This document shows, piece by piece, positions 1 to 12,800 of a stretch of 64,000 nucleotides of DNA (its first letter is position 1; every line of letters starts with the position of its first letter). The stretch is from Nemertoderma westbladi. Taxonomy: Eukaryota > Animalia > Xenacoelomorpha. The position numbers and the translations under genes were made by a program. The notes beneath the pieces are model-generated. The model worked only from the letters and a program-made list of their open reading frames with translations, was not told the DNA's origin and ran no database searches. Where the stretch lies: NCBI GenBank assembly GCA_032718475.1, contig JAUCBJ010007293.1, forward strand, positions 1 through 64,000. Direction: 5' to 3'.

Positions 1-193
1 AGTGGTCAGAAACTAACACGAGACAAAAGATGATACTTAACTTTACCATACTTAGCAGTACACAGATTACATGAATCATTTTATTTTTGACGTTCTCCCG
101 TTAAGAAAAATAAAATGATTCATGTAATCTGTGTACTGCGAAGTACGGCATCGTTAGGTATCATCTTCGCTCTTGTATGAATTTCTGACCACT
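1..193. repeat. Long imperfect palindrome (foldback) with ungapped ~88-bp arms
   Basis: 1-88 pairs with 106-193: agtggtcagaaa/tttctgaccact outer arms, and a perfect 34-bp inner stem gcagtacacagattacatgaatcattttattttt (55-88) versus its reverse complement (106-139). Confidence 0.9.
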
Positions 194-1198
194 TATATAT
201 ACAACTAGTAAGATAATGAAGAAATTATTAAGGAAATAACACAATGTCAGAGTGAGAACAAAAAAATTAGATATGGTATCAATATATTACCATGAAGATT
301 ACTAGAAGTGATGAATTTTATTAAAAACATTCACTTATATATATATAAATTTGTGATGTGGCATAGTCAACGAAGAAGAGATGGTACGTGTCATAATCAT
401 CGACGAATAAGAAAAGAGATGGAGTGCAACGTGGATGAATGGTTGGTTGTCTGAATAGGAAATACGTGAAAGAATATGAATCATAGGGTTGTGTGTGTAA
501 TAATCAATAATTATTATAATAAAAACGTGCAGTATATAATGTTAGTGGTGGTAGCCTTTCAATATGACACAGATGCTGCGGGATTGGTTAGGTTGAGTAA
601 CTACTATGCAAATGTTGTTTGTATACGTGTAGCCGGGACGTGGATTGGTGACAGCCGTGGTGGAGTTGGCAATCAATATAATATCTGATGTAGTTGGTGG
701 CCACGTTGTCAGCATATACAGTATACAGTGGTTGGTTGGTTGGTTGCGTGAATAGGAAATAACTATGGAAATGTTCGTATTCGTGTAGCCGGAAACGTGG
801 TGGATTGGTAGGCTGCTCGGTTGGTTGGATTGGTGACAGCCGTGGTAGAGTTGGCGATCGAATCGATATAATAGGGTAGTGTGGGGCTAGCCACACGATG
901 AGAGGTTTGGGTACGCGAAGATGAATATGCTATGGTTGGTTGATGCAACGACACGAACCAATACGCGCGGGTGGTAACAGCTGTAGGAGTAAGGAGGGCA
1001 TCGTGAGGTTAGGCTACGCGTAGGTGATAGGCAGCGATTGGTTGAAGGCAACGAGGCGAATCAATATTGATGGTGACAGATGGTCATTAAACACCTCGAT
1101 TTAGCACCGGAATTTGGCATTTTTTAATTGCCTCCGAGATGTGGCCCGTAGCCCAGGCTAGGGAGGAGTGAGTGGAGGGCTATGCTTCTCCTACTACT
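194..1198. mobile_element. Terminus of a large inserted element, probably a Polinton/Maverick end, interrupting the 5' part of the MFS gene
   Basis: Sequence stops abruptly at ...ctcctactact (reverse complement 5'-AGTAGTAGGAG) exactly where homology to the MFS copy at 55241 begins (tatatg). AGTAGT-type termini are typical of Polintons. Internal imperfect direct repeats at ~629-670 and ~785-855. The left boundary lies outside the window or is uncertain. Confidence 0.5.
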
Positions 1199-1201
1199 TA
1201 T

Positions 1202-2422
1202 ATGTTATTGGCCATTCTGCTGGTGTATCAAATGATACCAGGTTGGTGTCACAATCTATTGGAGACCTTCTTCCCAATAGTTGTGGAAGACCGGGATTGG
1301 TCGAAAACTCTTATTGGTGCATTACTTGCAATGTTTTCATTGGTCAGACTCATAATATACATTACTTTCACACATTCTATCAACAATTGGGGAACTCATA
1401 TCTCTTTGGGTCTATTTGGCATTATTGGGGCACTTTCACAGTTAGCCTTTGGGTTTGTAGAATATATCCCGTATCATAAGAAGGAATTATATACAGTCAC
1501 ATGTTTTTCACTGCGCATCATCGAAGCTGTTGGACTCAACATTAGTTACATGTATTCATTCAGTCTATTGATGGAATTGTGGCCGACACAAAGAACATTA
1601 TTAGCTAGTCTAGCAGTTGTTTTCAGCAACATAGGATTCATGGTTGCACCAGTTTTTGGTTCTACAGTTTTTGCTGCTTTGGGTTTTGAATTCCCTTTTA
1701 TTATATCAGGATTAATGTTTCTCATTTTCGTCCTTTACTGCTGGATAGAGTCACCAGCTTATCTTCATGACAGATGTGAATCGACAGAAGTCAGACCAAC
1801 TTATATTGGAGTTCTGAGGAATCCAGCTTTTTCAGTCATATTTTTTTTGAATGCATATTATAGCTTAATTATATCATTTACCGCTACGAACTATGCTGCA
1901 TACATTTATCACACCTACAGTGTGAACCAATACAACATTGGTCGGATTTATATGATATTTCCGATTCTTCAATTTTTCAATGGTCTAACAATGACTTTAA
2001 TGATGAAGAAGTTGAATCATACTGTCATACCAACGGTAGTTGGTTCAATGATACTAGCAGTATCAATGCAACTAATAGGCCCCACAGAACTACTCGGGTT
2101 ACCTCATGATCTTTCCATCTCTATTGCTGGATGTGCTCTAGTAGGATTCGGATCTGGAGTATTTCAAACACCTGCTCTGGAAACCCAAACACGACTGTCT
2201 GTGAATGTGTGTGGTTATCCTGATAATGTTGACACTAGAACTCTTCTCCAACAAATGTTTAGAATAGCAACATCTATCGGGAATATCATAGGTCCTATTT
2301 TTGGTGGATTTCTCAACGATTACTTTGGAGTGCAAGCAGCAAGTTCGCTTCTAAGCCTGTTGGGGTTGCCTTTTATGATATCTTTGGTGGTTGTGTTTGC
2401 TTTCAGATTTCGTGTTGGCTAG
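1202..2422 (+). CDS. SLC18B1: MFS transporter, SLC18B1-like, type A copy 1; native N-terminus removed by insertion, first ATG at 1202 (ORF track starts at GTG 1172)
   Basis: Multi-pass hydrophobic protein with SLC18B1-like motifs LRIIEAVG, GFMVAPVFGS..F..LGFEFPF, LIGPTELLG, GYPDNVDT and IGPIFGGFLNDYFG. Near-identical to 55181-56464 from the first Met onward. Confidence 0.75.
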   Translation: MLLAILLVYQMIPGWCHNLLETFFPIVVEDRDWSKTLIGALLAMFSLVRLIIYITFTHSINNWGTHISLGLFGIIGALSQLAFGFVEYIPYHKKELYTVTCFSLRIIEAVGLNISYMYSFSLLMELWPTQRTLLASLAVVFSNIGFMVAPVFGSTVFAALGFEFPFIISGLMFLIFVLYCWIESPAYLHDRCESTEVRPTYIGVLRNPAFSVIFFLNAYYSLIISFTATNYAAYIYHTYSVNQYNIGRIYMIFPILQFFNGLTMTLMMKKLNHTVIPTVVGSMILAVSMQLIGPTELLGLPHDLSISIAGCALVGFGSGVFQTPALETQTRLSVNVCGYPDNVDTRTLLQQMFRIATSIGNIIGPIFGGFLNDYFGVQAASSLLSLLGLPFMISLVVVFAFRFRVG

Positions 2423-2960
2423 GTTAATCGAAACCCATTATGGTGGGAGATGTTTTATTGTTGTCATGGCGTACTGCATCTGCGACTTACTATATTCAAA
2501 CTATGAACTGTACAGTTGGACTTATTTAATGTTTTATCACTGGAAATTGATATTCCCCTGACTATTAATGTTGTTTGGTGGTTATAACTAAATCATGAGA
2601 TCCTTCTGATTAGAATAATCATTAATTATGACTAAATTAGGTAATAAGTATAAAAATTTAATATCCTTTTCCAGAAGGGTTTTACATAACAGTAGTTTGT
2701 AAGCAATGGGGATGAAAGGGACAAACGGTGAAGGGGAAATATATGTCTAAGTTTGTAGAAAATACCACCGGATTTGTTATTATTTTTTGAGTACCTGACT
2801 TAATTATTTTATCTTCGGTGGTTGTGTTCGCTTTTAGAATTCGTGTACATTATATCTATTGTAACTAGTGGTGGCTGCTCTGATCTTATGTTTAATATTG
2901 CTAATGATGCAATGATGCCTGGGGCATCTTAACCCCCCCCCCCCCCCCCCCTAGCGACGC

Positions 2961-3622
2961 TGTAAGCGGATTCAATTCCCTTGTATTATCCACCCGAAAA
3001 TGGGACCAGTGGCATTTTACCGATATAGTTGGCGATACGAGATTACTAATAATAATCGCCTCATAACCAACTCGGGGGGGGGGGGGGCGACACAGGCCCT
3101 AAAGCCACAGAGAGAGGTGAGAGGTCAAACCACCTCACAGGGAGAACACAGCTAGTCAAGGCTAGCGGCAGGGGGTTACACTCACAGGGAGTGCCAAAGT
3201 GACAATTAGTATATAAGCCAATAGCGGGCAGGGGAGCACGTAGGGAAAGATAGGAAAGCATCCATTGGGTAGCAAAAGGCCGAAGTAGAGTAGAGGTGAA
3301 ACCAATATCTATGTGTATCAATCATATAGTTATCATGATTACTGATTTACCGGTCAGTTCATTAATCACAGAGTTGCAGACCGGTTATAGTTTTAACCGT
3401 CACTTCGTTATTCTACATACTGCTGTTGTAATTCTGTATTGCAATTTCGGTCATATACTGTCATACGTTCTGTGCTATTATCATTGGAACATTAACATCG
3501 AGAAACACAAACTCTGTTATTTTTCCCCAACGGCCTTCGGCCAAAAGGACACTAGCCCAGCAGACCAGCAGTTAAGTGACGCATACAAATCTTACCCGGT
3601 CGGGATCTCAGATCCTGTCACA
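2961..3622 (+). repeat. 5' LTR of BEL/Pao element
   Basis: Starts tgtaagcg, ends tgtcaca. 3033-3622 matches 7800-8392 with roughly a dozen substitutions. Confidence 0.9.
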
Positions 3623-3670
3623 GTTAAAAACTATCCAGCTTACAACAGACTGTGACCGCAACACATAAAG

Positions 3671-6600
3671 ATGAGCGAACAGACGCCCCGAGAATCAGAG
3701 GGAGAAAGAACGCCGCCGCGGACCCCGGACGACACCAACCAACGACAACAGGCCTCGACGAGATGGTACCGGCCAGCCACTCTGAATTCGCCAATGAGGG
3801 ACGATCCGAATGCCCAAGCGGAAGGCAGCCGACAATTACGAGGAGGGAAGGACAAAGATGAGTCGATGCGAGACAGCGACAGTCGGAGTACCGAAGTCGC
3901 TGGCCAGCCACAGGCCGAAGGCGACGGTAGGGCCGCCGGTACGACGCCAGACAAGGATGGAATTTAGAGTCAACGAGGAGGATGTCGGGACGAGTGATCG
4001 CCTACGACGGGCGTACAACGCCACGAAGAAACTACTGAAAGTGGCTAAGGAGGGGAGAAAGGTAGACCAGCCTAAACTATACCAGAGGCTAGGTGAGTCG
4101 AATAAACATTTCCGTTACTTAGTCCATTTTGGACAGGGAGAACTGGCGAGTGAGAGAGTGAGGGGGGTCGCCACAGAACTGTTTGAATTGTGGCGGTCCG
4201 AGGTAATGGAGCCAGATGTAGTGTACATAGGGCCTTTCCTAGTGGATGCCAGGGGAATTAAGTTAGTGGGATGGGCGGACCCACACGACGGCGAATCCGA
4301 GGTTAACCCCGAGGATTTGGTGTCGTCGGTTAGTAAGAACCCCAGTAAATGGGGGAAAATTAGTAGGACAGAGAGACGACGGGAGTCCGTCTTGACCGTC
4401 CACTACATCCTCAACTAAAGCAAGAAGGGTGTTAGAGATAGATCTGGAGTGTCAACTAGACATTGTGGCGCTGGATCAAAAGGAACTGGAGAGGCAGTTA
4501 GATGAGGGAACTGCACTATTAGAGAGGGAGAGAGAATTAGCGAGAGAGTGTAAAGAGAGAGCCAAGAGGGTGGCGAGAAACTATAGGGAGCGGGAGGAGA
4601 GAGAGATGAGTGAGCGCAAAGAGCGGGAGGCAAGAGTAGAGAACGAATGAAAGGAGCGGGAGACAAGAGAGGTGAATGAATGAAAGGAGTATGAGACAAG
4701 AGAGGTGAACGAGCGTAGAGAGCGGGAGGCGAGAGAGATGGAATTGGCCAACCAAAGTATGAGGGAGGATAGAGAGGGAGAGAGCGGGAAAGCGTATGCA
4801 GGATGATATACATACCTGGTTGAGGGGGCTTATGCAATACCAAGTGAAGCAAAAGCACCGGTTAGAACTGTTAAAGTTGGGATTATCCGAGAGTGAGGCT
4901 GGTTCGGGTAGTATTTATGAGGAACCAGAGTTGATTGAAACCTTTGTTAATACCCCACTTACAGGTACTGGACGACAGACCCAGGACTGGGGGGGGGGGG
5001 GGGGGGTAATGGTAATAATACGTTGGAGGGAGTTAATATTAATAGTACCGTAATAGACAACCCTAATCAAACCTTTCTTGCAGGAAATAATATTTTACCC
5101 GGTAACAATAACCCTAATTTAAATGTGCAAAATAATCTAAATAATAACCCTAATTTAAATGTGTAAAATAATCTAAATAATAACCCTAATTTAAATGTGC
5201 AAAATAATCTAAATAATAACCCTAATACTGAGGATAATAATTTAAAAAATAATTTAGGTAACAATATTACGTTAAATGACCCTGAAGAAATTAACCAAAA
5301 TAATATGATTAGTAATAATGTAACGAATCAGGGCGAGATTGATAATGGAGCAATTAATGCAAACGTAGGGGGAACAGGTGGCCCGGCCAACAAGAGCTTG
5401 CAAGGCCACGCAGTTGCACAGGGAGTAGTGGGGGTGAGTCAACCCAACGAGAGCCTGCAAGGCCACGCAGTTACGCAGGGAGTAGCGGGGGGTGAGTCAA
5501 CCCAATGAGAGCCTGCAAGGCCACGCAGTTGTAGAGGGAGAAGCAGGGCTGAGTAAACCCAGCGAGGGTAGAGATAATGCGTCGACTAGAGAGGGGCGTA
5601 GGGGCGAAGTAAGAGGTGACGGATGGGGGGGGGGGGGGGGGGGCTACGGGCACCCCACCACAAGCGATTAGTGGCGAGAGGGGGGGGGGCAGAGAATGCC
5701 CCACAAGCGTCGGCGGACAATGCACGCGGAGAGTTAGGTGAACCGCGGCACCCGACGACAGAGAATAGTAGGGGTATTGCGAATATCCCCAGAACCATCC
5801 AACTGGGCAGAGAGAGAGACGTTGGCGCCGTGAGCGGGTGAGTGAGAAGACGTTGAGCCCAGTCGGAAGATGGAGTAAGAACAGTGGAGTTTATCCGGGA
5901 GGTCGAAGCGAGATCTCACGAGGAGGATCACTGCACTGAAGTCAGACGAAGTGAAGAAAATAGAAGGAACGTTGCCACGAGCAACCAGAGAGGAAGGACG
6001 GACAGTGAACAGTCGGTAGTCGAGATGGAGTTAGAGAGCCGGTGGGGTCAAACTCCGGGAGATTGCCGTCGCCCCGGAGAGACACAACCTGGTGAGATAT
6101 ACCATACACCTGGAGAAGGGTATAGGATGTACCGTTGCGAGGACGAGGACAGGAGAGGGGATCGAAGGGAAACTTCCCGACAGAATGTAGCTGCCGATCG
6201 AGAATATGGTAGTCGCGGGGAAGACTTCTTGGAATATTCGAGAAGAGATTAAACTTCGGTCCGGAAGGATACAGGCAGACTGCAGGACATACTGTAGGCC
6301 TTATTGCACATACTATACTATAGGCCATGCTGGGAGAGATAGTGTAGGCGATAGGGTAGTGCGGACAATGGGATTAGACCCGGAAGTCACGGCATACATA
6401 CCGGTAGGTAGGCAAGAAGTGGATAGGCCTATACCAGTACCTGCACACCAGTATGACTATAACATGCAGGGATATAATATATACCCAGGGGAGGGAGGAG
6501 CTATTGCCGATAGGTGCATGGGCCCTAACATGAAAACATCAACCCCAGTACCAAATATAACACCGGTGGGGGGGGGGGGGGTGATATTCCCCCATTGCAA

Positions 6601-7770
6601 TATCAGCATTACACTCAACCAAGAACAAAAACCCCAAACCCCCTCAGACCCAAATAAGTCGTGTGACACAGAGATATGGAGGGGACCGTTACCCCCGATG
6701 ATATATCCAACACAGAGTAAGACAACAGGCCCGACGGACGAACCGCACCCGACAGCAAGGGAGTCTGTATCACAACCATCGAGCGTGCTAGAGGTACAAG
6801 CGATGGGAATGGCAATACTCATTGACGCTCTAAAGACCAGGATCGAGCTACCACCAGTGGAGCCGTTCAAATTCGATGGCAATACCTGCAATTCCAGCGT
6901 ATGTACAGTAACGAAATATTAACGAAGAAACTGATGCAGGCGGAGTGCCTAAAATACTTACAAGTTTATACAGGGGGGCCAGCATACGACATCTTAAGGC
7001 AGTGCCAAGGTATCGAAGATGGATTCACGACTGCATGGCGGGCCCTAGACAGGGAATTTGGACATCCTGCTAAGATCATCCGGCAAACATTAAGGGGGAT
7101 AACATCAGGCGGACTACAGGATAACCCTGTCAGCATCAAGACCTTCGCGAATAAAGTCGAAAAGGCGCTGATTGTGCTAAAGACCCTAGATGCACCTTAC
7201 GAACTCAACGCATCGAATAACATCACCACAATAGCGCAGGCACTACCGATCTGGCTGAGGAATAAGTGGAGAAAGATCGCCTTCTCCGCCCGGGAGAAGA
7301 AGGGTGCAGAGCCAGGGCTAGAGGAGATGTCGAACTTCCTTAACTATGAGGCGGAACTAATCATGGACCCAGTCTACAGCGAGGATAGTCTGGGGAGGGT
7401 GCCGAGAGCCGAATACAACAGGCCGAAACCAGAGCACAGTGTGGCAAATGCATTACCAAAGTTAAGAGAGTCACTACCATACGCAGCGACATAGGGGACA
7501 GCAAGTCCACAGATAGCTGGGAGTAGGGCCACACCGTGGCACGATCAGGGACAAAATAACAACACAAACTAATACAATCCCAACACACCCAGTAGGCCAA
7601 GTCCAAATAATAAAAACACTAGACCGCTAGGAATGAATATACACGTGGCGCTGTATAAAGAAGGCTACAATCCAAAATACTATTGCCAATTACACACAAA
7701 CGCATTCCACCAGACCATGAACTGCAAGCATTGGCAAGCGTTGCCTAAACAAGATCGGTTAGCCTAGGCG
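3671..7770 (+). pseudogene. Disrupted BEL/Pao gag (coiled-coil region, DUF1759-like domain, zinc knuckle)
   Basis: Successive ORF fragments include IELPPVEPFKFDGN..CLKYLQVYTGG..AWRALDREFG (DUF1759-like, ~6830-7494) and CQLHTNAFHQTMNC at ~7684-7725, with many stops and frameshifts. Confidence 0.85.
5107..5531 (+). repeat. Coding tandem repeats within gag: 36-bp unit x3 and 57-bp unit x~2.5
   Basis: aataaccctaatttaaatgtgcaaaataatctaaat repeats at 5107-5226; gagcctgcaaggccacgcagtt-containing units at 5387-5531. Confidence 0.85.
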
Positions 7771-7799
7771 AGTAGAAATGGAATTTGACATCAATACAT

Positions 7800-8392
7800 C
7801 GATACGAGATTACTAATAATAATCGCCTCATAACCAACTCGGGGGGGGGGGGGGGGCGACACAGGCCCTAAAGCCACAGAGAGAGGTGAGAGGTCAAACC
7901 ACCTCACAGGGAGAACACAGCTAGTCAAGGCTAGCGGCAGGGGGTAACACTCACAGGGAGTGCCAAAGTGACAATTAGTATATAAGCCAATAGCGGGCAG
8001 GGGAGCACGTGGTGAAAGATAGGAAAGCATCCATTGGGTAGCAAAAGGCCGAAGTAGAGTAGAGGTGAAACCAATATCTATGTGTATCAATCATATAGTT
8101 ATCATGATTACTGATTTACCGGTCAGTTCATTAATCACAGAGTTGCAGACTGGTTATAGTTTTTAACTGTCACTTCGTTATTCTACACACTGCTGTTGTA
8201 ATTCTGTATTGCAATTTCGATCATATACTGTCATACGTTCTGTGCTATTGTCATTGGAACATTATCATCGAGAAACACAAACTCTGTTATTTTTCCCCAA
8301 TGGCCTTAGGCCAAAAGGACACTAGCCCAGCAGACCAGCAGTTAAGTGACGCGTACAAATCTTACCCGGTCGGGATCTCAGATCCCGTCACA
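7800..8392 (+). repeat. 3' LTR (5'-truncated) of BEL/Pao element
   Basis: Direct repeat of 3033-3622, ending in CA and followed by TSD gacac. Confidence 0.9.
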
Positions 8393-8554
8393 GACACCAC
8401 TGCCCTAGAATGACAGTTGTTTTCCAAATATCTCACTGCGCGTGCGTATGCATTTGTGTCCATAATTTTAGGAAGCCAATAATGTAACTAGTCCTATCCT
8501 ACCTTGTATAATAATGAAAACTGTTTAACTGGTGATCTCTTGCAACTGCTGGAA

Positions 8555-8641
8555 GGATCCAAGAATTGGAGGTTGGTCGGATCCAAGAATTGGAGGTTGG
8601 ACGGATCCAAGAATTGGATGTTGGATGGATCCAAGAATTGG
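8555..8641. repeat. 24-bp minisatellite, ~3.6 units
   Basis: ggatccaagaattgg recurs at 8555, 8579, 8603 and 8627. Confidence 0.9.
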
Positions 8642-9860
8642 GTGTCCTCATTTCTCACACGTGTTTGTTTGTGTGTGATTGTTTGTACACACAACTTCTT
8701 GCACTTACTTAATATTGATGGAATTGGATGAAACATTGATGATAGGTTCATTATCGGACCTAGTTGTGTATGCAAGATTTTGGTTACGACGGACCTGTTG
8801 GTTGCACATTGGCGGATGTTGGTTGCCTATTGGACGTGCTTTCTGCAAAATTTCGCTTTATTTCGTTTAGAATTGTAGAAGATACATTTCTTACAAACAG
8901 TGTTTTTTATCATACAATTTACTACTATTGTACTACAGTATGTGTACTACTATTGTTTACTACTATAATATTGATAGCAATGGATCCGTCCATTATTGCC
9001 CGCTCTCGGTTGGCAAGCTTGTCCATTAATGTATTATCTGATGTGCTTGAACATAAATTTTTCTGATTAGTATAATTATGGTAGGAATGTTTATATTTTA
9101 ATTTGATATTAAATATTATTAAATATATATATATAAATACTGTAACTGTGAGGGTGTCGCAGATCTTGGACTGGGCTGGGGTTCGGGGACGATGCTGGCC
9201 TTCGGGGTGCTGACGTCCCAGACTCCTACTAGAATTTAGCGGTACTTTTATTGCGTTGTCGTATTCAATTATCTTTTGCTCAGGTTTATTGCTGCATGCT
9301 TTTACTGACTGACTGTATATTGATGTAATTCACTTTAATTTATAATTAATTATACTATGACAGTAGTTTTCCAATTATTTCTCATGTGTGTGTGTATGCA
9401 TATGTCTCCATAATTGAATTATTAGTTAATTAATTAATATGATAAATAATTTTTTAATATATATTTAATATCCCCATCAATTGTTGTATCTTGAATTATC
9501 CACACACTATATCCAGCCCAATATGGTTCATAGATCATTTGGTAGATCATTCAGTCTTCCCAATTATCCATGGTTGTTGCAATTTCGTTTCTCCCAAGTC
9601 CAAAATAGCTTTAAAGTAAGTCAATAATATATGTCATAGCCAGTCATCCACAGAAACCTACCTTCTAGTGCTGGTTGCCAGAAAAGTTTAATTATTACCT
9701 CGTATTTACTTCTGAAGCAATATTGCTCGCCCCACAAGGTAGGTGGTATAATACAACATATAATAACATCCAGGTAAAAATGAATGATATATTTGTTTGT
9801 GCCAAATAGATAAACAAAATTTAACAATAAGTTACACCAATAACTACTGTATAATTACCA

Positions 9861-12800
9861 GGACCCCTACAGTCGGCAGCAGGGCTGTAGGCCATGGATA
9901 GGCGGAAGGTAATCAACCAACGGCTAGACATGCTGACAAGGTCGGCGGAAGGTAATCAACCAACGGCGACCTACTGCAAAGACGCTCGTAGGAGTTGCGA
10001 CCACAAGCGGTTTACTCCCGCAACTGAAAGATATGAGTATGAGAACCCTCCAGGAGAAATACCGGCTCGGTCGTCGCCCGGGTCAACAAGGGCCGCGTCC
10101 CTCAGTGGTACACCAGGCTGGGGTCGATAAATTGGCTACTGGAACAGAAGACAGAGAAGAAAGAAGAACCAACCTGTTGAAATGTAAAAAGACACTAAAG
10201 ATTGCTACAATGAACGCACGCATGTTGAAAGCACAGAGCAAACAGGGTGACATGGTCGCTCTGGCAATGGAATATAACATCGACATCATCTGCATCCAAG
10301 AACATCGGATTTGTCATGAAGACACTGCCATGAAGTACAATGACATTGGAAATGGATGGACGTTAGTAACAAGCTCAGCAGTAAGAAACTCGGCCAATGC
10401 ATCAATTGGTGGAGTAGGAATTCTGCTAAGCCCATTTGCACTTAAGACCCTAAACAACATCGAATCTATAAATTCCAGGGTTATGATCGCAACATTTGAT
10501 GGGAATCCCAAGACAACAGTTATATGTTGCTACAGTCCAACCAATGCATCAGAGCCAGAACAAGCAGTCAAGTTTTATGAAGAACTGACTGGACTTATTA
10601 AGGACATCCCGAAACACAATGTTAAAGTCATTGCTGGTGACCTGAATGCGCAAATTGGCCCAGAAGACATCAAGGGTTACACCTATAACACCAGTTCTAA
10701 CAGAAATGGGTACTTACTTTTAGACCTAATGGAAGAATGTGAATTGATACCAACAAACAACACATTCGAAAAGAGTAAGGGGAAGCTATGGACCTTTCAA
10801 TACCCTAATGGAACCAAAGCACAACTGGATTACATCCTTATAAACAAAAAGTGGAGAAATAGCATGATCAACTGCGAGGCATACAGCTCGTTCAACCTAA
10901 TTGGTTCGGACCACAGAATTGTCACTGCAGAGATCAGACTCAGTTTGAGAGCCAGCAAACCCAGGACAAGCAAGCAAATCAACTATGACTGGGAGAAACT
11001 CAGAACTGACAATGCTGTAAGGGATGCTTATACAGTAGAAGTTCAAAACCGCTTTGAAGCACTTCAGTCAATGGATGAAGACCAATCCACCGATTCAATA
11101 TACCAGAATATAATAACAGCCCACAAGGAATCAGCTAAGAGGCATATCCCCCAGAAACCTAAACGAAAACAGTATGTGCCATGGCAAAACTCTGAGGTTA
11201 CTTGTAAGAGAGAGGATCTTAAGATAGCCTACAAAGTTAAAACCGAACAACCAACAACCGAAAACATTAACAAGGTTGAGAAAGCTAAGGACGATCTTAA
11301 ATTGGCCTACAACATCAGCCAGGAAAAGTACATACAGGATAAAACTGAAGCAATTACAACTGCTCACATACAGCACCAATCAAGACTTACCTGGCAAACT
11401 GTAAATGAGGTATCTGGTCGGAAAAGTTGTGCAAAGGGGCGCCTCAAAGCCGATAGTCCTGAAGAACGTGTTGGGAAGTGGAAAAATCATTTCAGCAACT
11501 TGCTTGGGCAGCCACCAAACATCGAGGTCAGCCCTACAAGGAAAATATATGACAAGACACTACCTATAGAAACAGGGGACTTCACACCTGCCGAACTCCA
11601 AAGAAGCATTAAAAGCATGTCCAATAATAAAGCGAGTGGATTAGATGAAATCCCAGCGGAGGTATGGAAAACCGGAGTTCTAAATAGACCATTATTGAAT
11701 GTTTGCAACCGGATGTTAAAAGGGGAAAAGCCACCACCAATTTGGACTAAAGGTCAACTAAAGCCTCTCCCCTAGAAAGGAGACCTCGGCATACCAACAA
11801 ACTATCGTGGGATCTGTCTGCTTGTGGTAGCTGCCAAAATATACAATAAAATGATTTTATATAGGATTAGGCCTCACATAGAGAAACTACTGCGTAAGAG
11901 CCAAAACGGATTTCGACCAAGTAGATCAACAATAGCTCAGATACTTGCACTACGGAGACTGATTGAAGGAATTAAGTCAAAGAATCTCCCCGCAGTCATG
12001 ACTTTTGTGGACTTCAAGAAGGCATTCGACTCCATCCATAGAGGTAAAATGCTTGAAATCCTAAGAGCTTATGGAATACCAGAAGTAATTGTTGCTGGCA
12101 TTGGATTGTTATATTGTGACACAGAAGCGCAGGTACTCTCACCAGATGGTGAAACTGAGTTTTTCTCAATCCTGGCTGGCGTACTGCAAGGTGACACATT
12201 AGCACCATTACTATTTGTAATTGTGCTGGATTACGCAATTAGGACGGCCACAAAGGGTGAAGATCTGGGATTCACACTTCAAGAACGCAGAAGTAGTAGA
12301 TATCCGGCAACTACAGTCACAGACACCGACTTTGCGGATGACATCGCCCTGCTCTCTAATACGCTAGCAGATGCACAGCTTCTACTAAATAAAGTGGAGT
12401 GGGCTGCTAAGGAGGTTGGATTGTATATAAATGCTACCAAGACCGAATTCATGACCTTTAATGTTGATGGAAACTTGACAACCATTGATAATAATCAACT
12501 AAGGAAGGTCGATGACTTCCAGTACCTTGGATCATGGATAGAGAGTAGCAAAAAGGACATAGAAGTTAGGAAAGCCAAAGGCTTGGGTAGCTCTATCAAA
12601 AATGGATACCATCTGGAAATCAGATCTCTCCAGGCACCTGAAGACTAAGTTCTTTCGAGCCACAGTGGAAAGTGTATTTTTATACGGGGGTGACACCTGG
12701 ACACTGACTAAATCACTTGAACAACGAATTGATGGTTGCTATACAAGACTACTAAGGGCAGCCCTAAACATCAGCTGGAGACAACACATGACAAACGCCG

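Larger units (their letters stand above)
2961..8392 (+). mobile_element. BEL/Pao LTR retrotransposon, internally deleted (gag only, pol missing)
   Basis: TG...CA ends with 5-bp TSD gacgc/gacac. 5' LTR 2961-3622, 3' LTR 7800-8392 (lacks the first ~70 bp). Gag-like ORF pieces lie between them. Confidence 0.9.

Noticed and set aside
2811-2847. 35-bp echo of the MFS C-terminal codons
   Set aside because: Too short to call a gene copy; likely rearrangement debris.
8555-8641. Regular repeat resembling a CRISPR array
   Set aside because: 24-bp period with near-identical short spacers, no cas genes, eukaryotic context: a minisatellite.
9147-9362. Small reverse-oriented solo LTR
   Set aside because: TSD is poor (gtaac/gtagt) and the apparent end atgaca is part of a diverged direct repeat also at ~8410.
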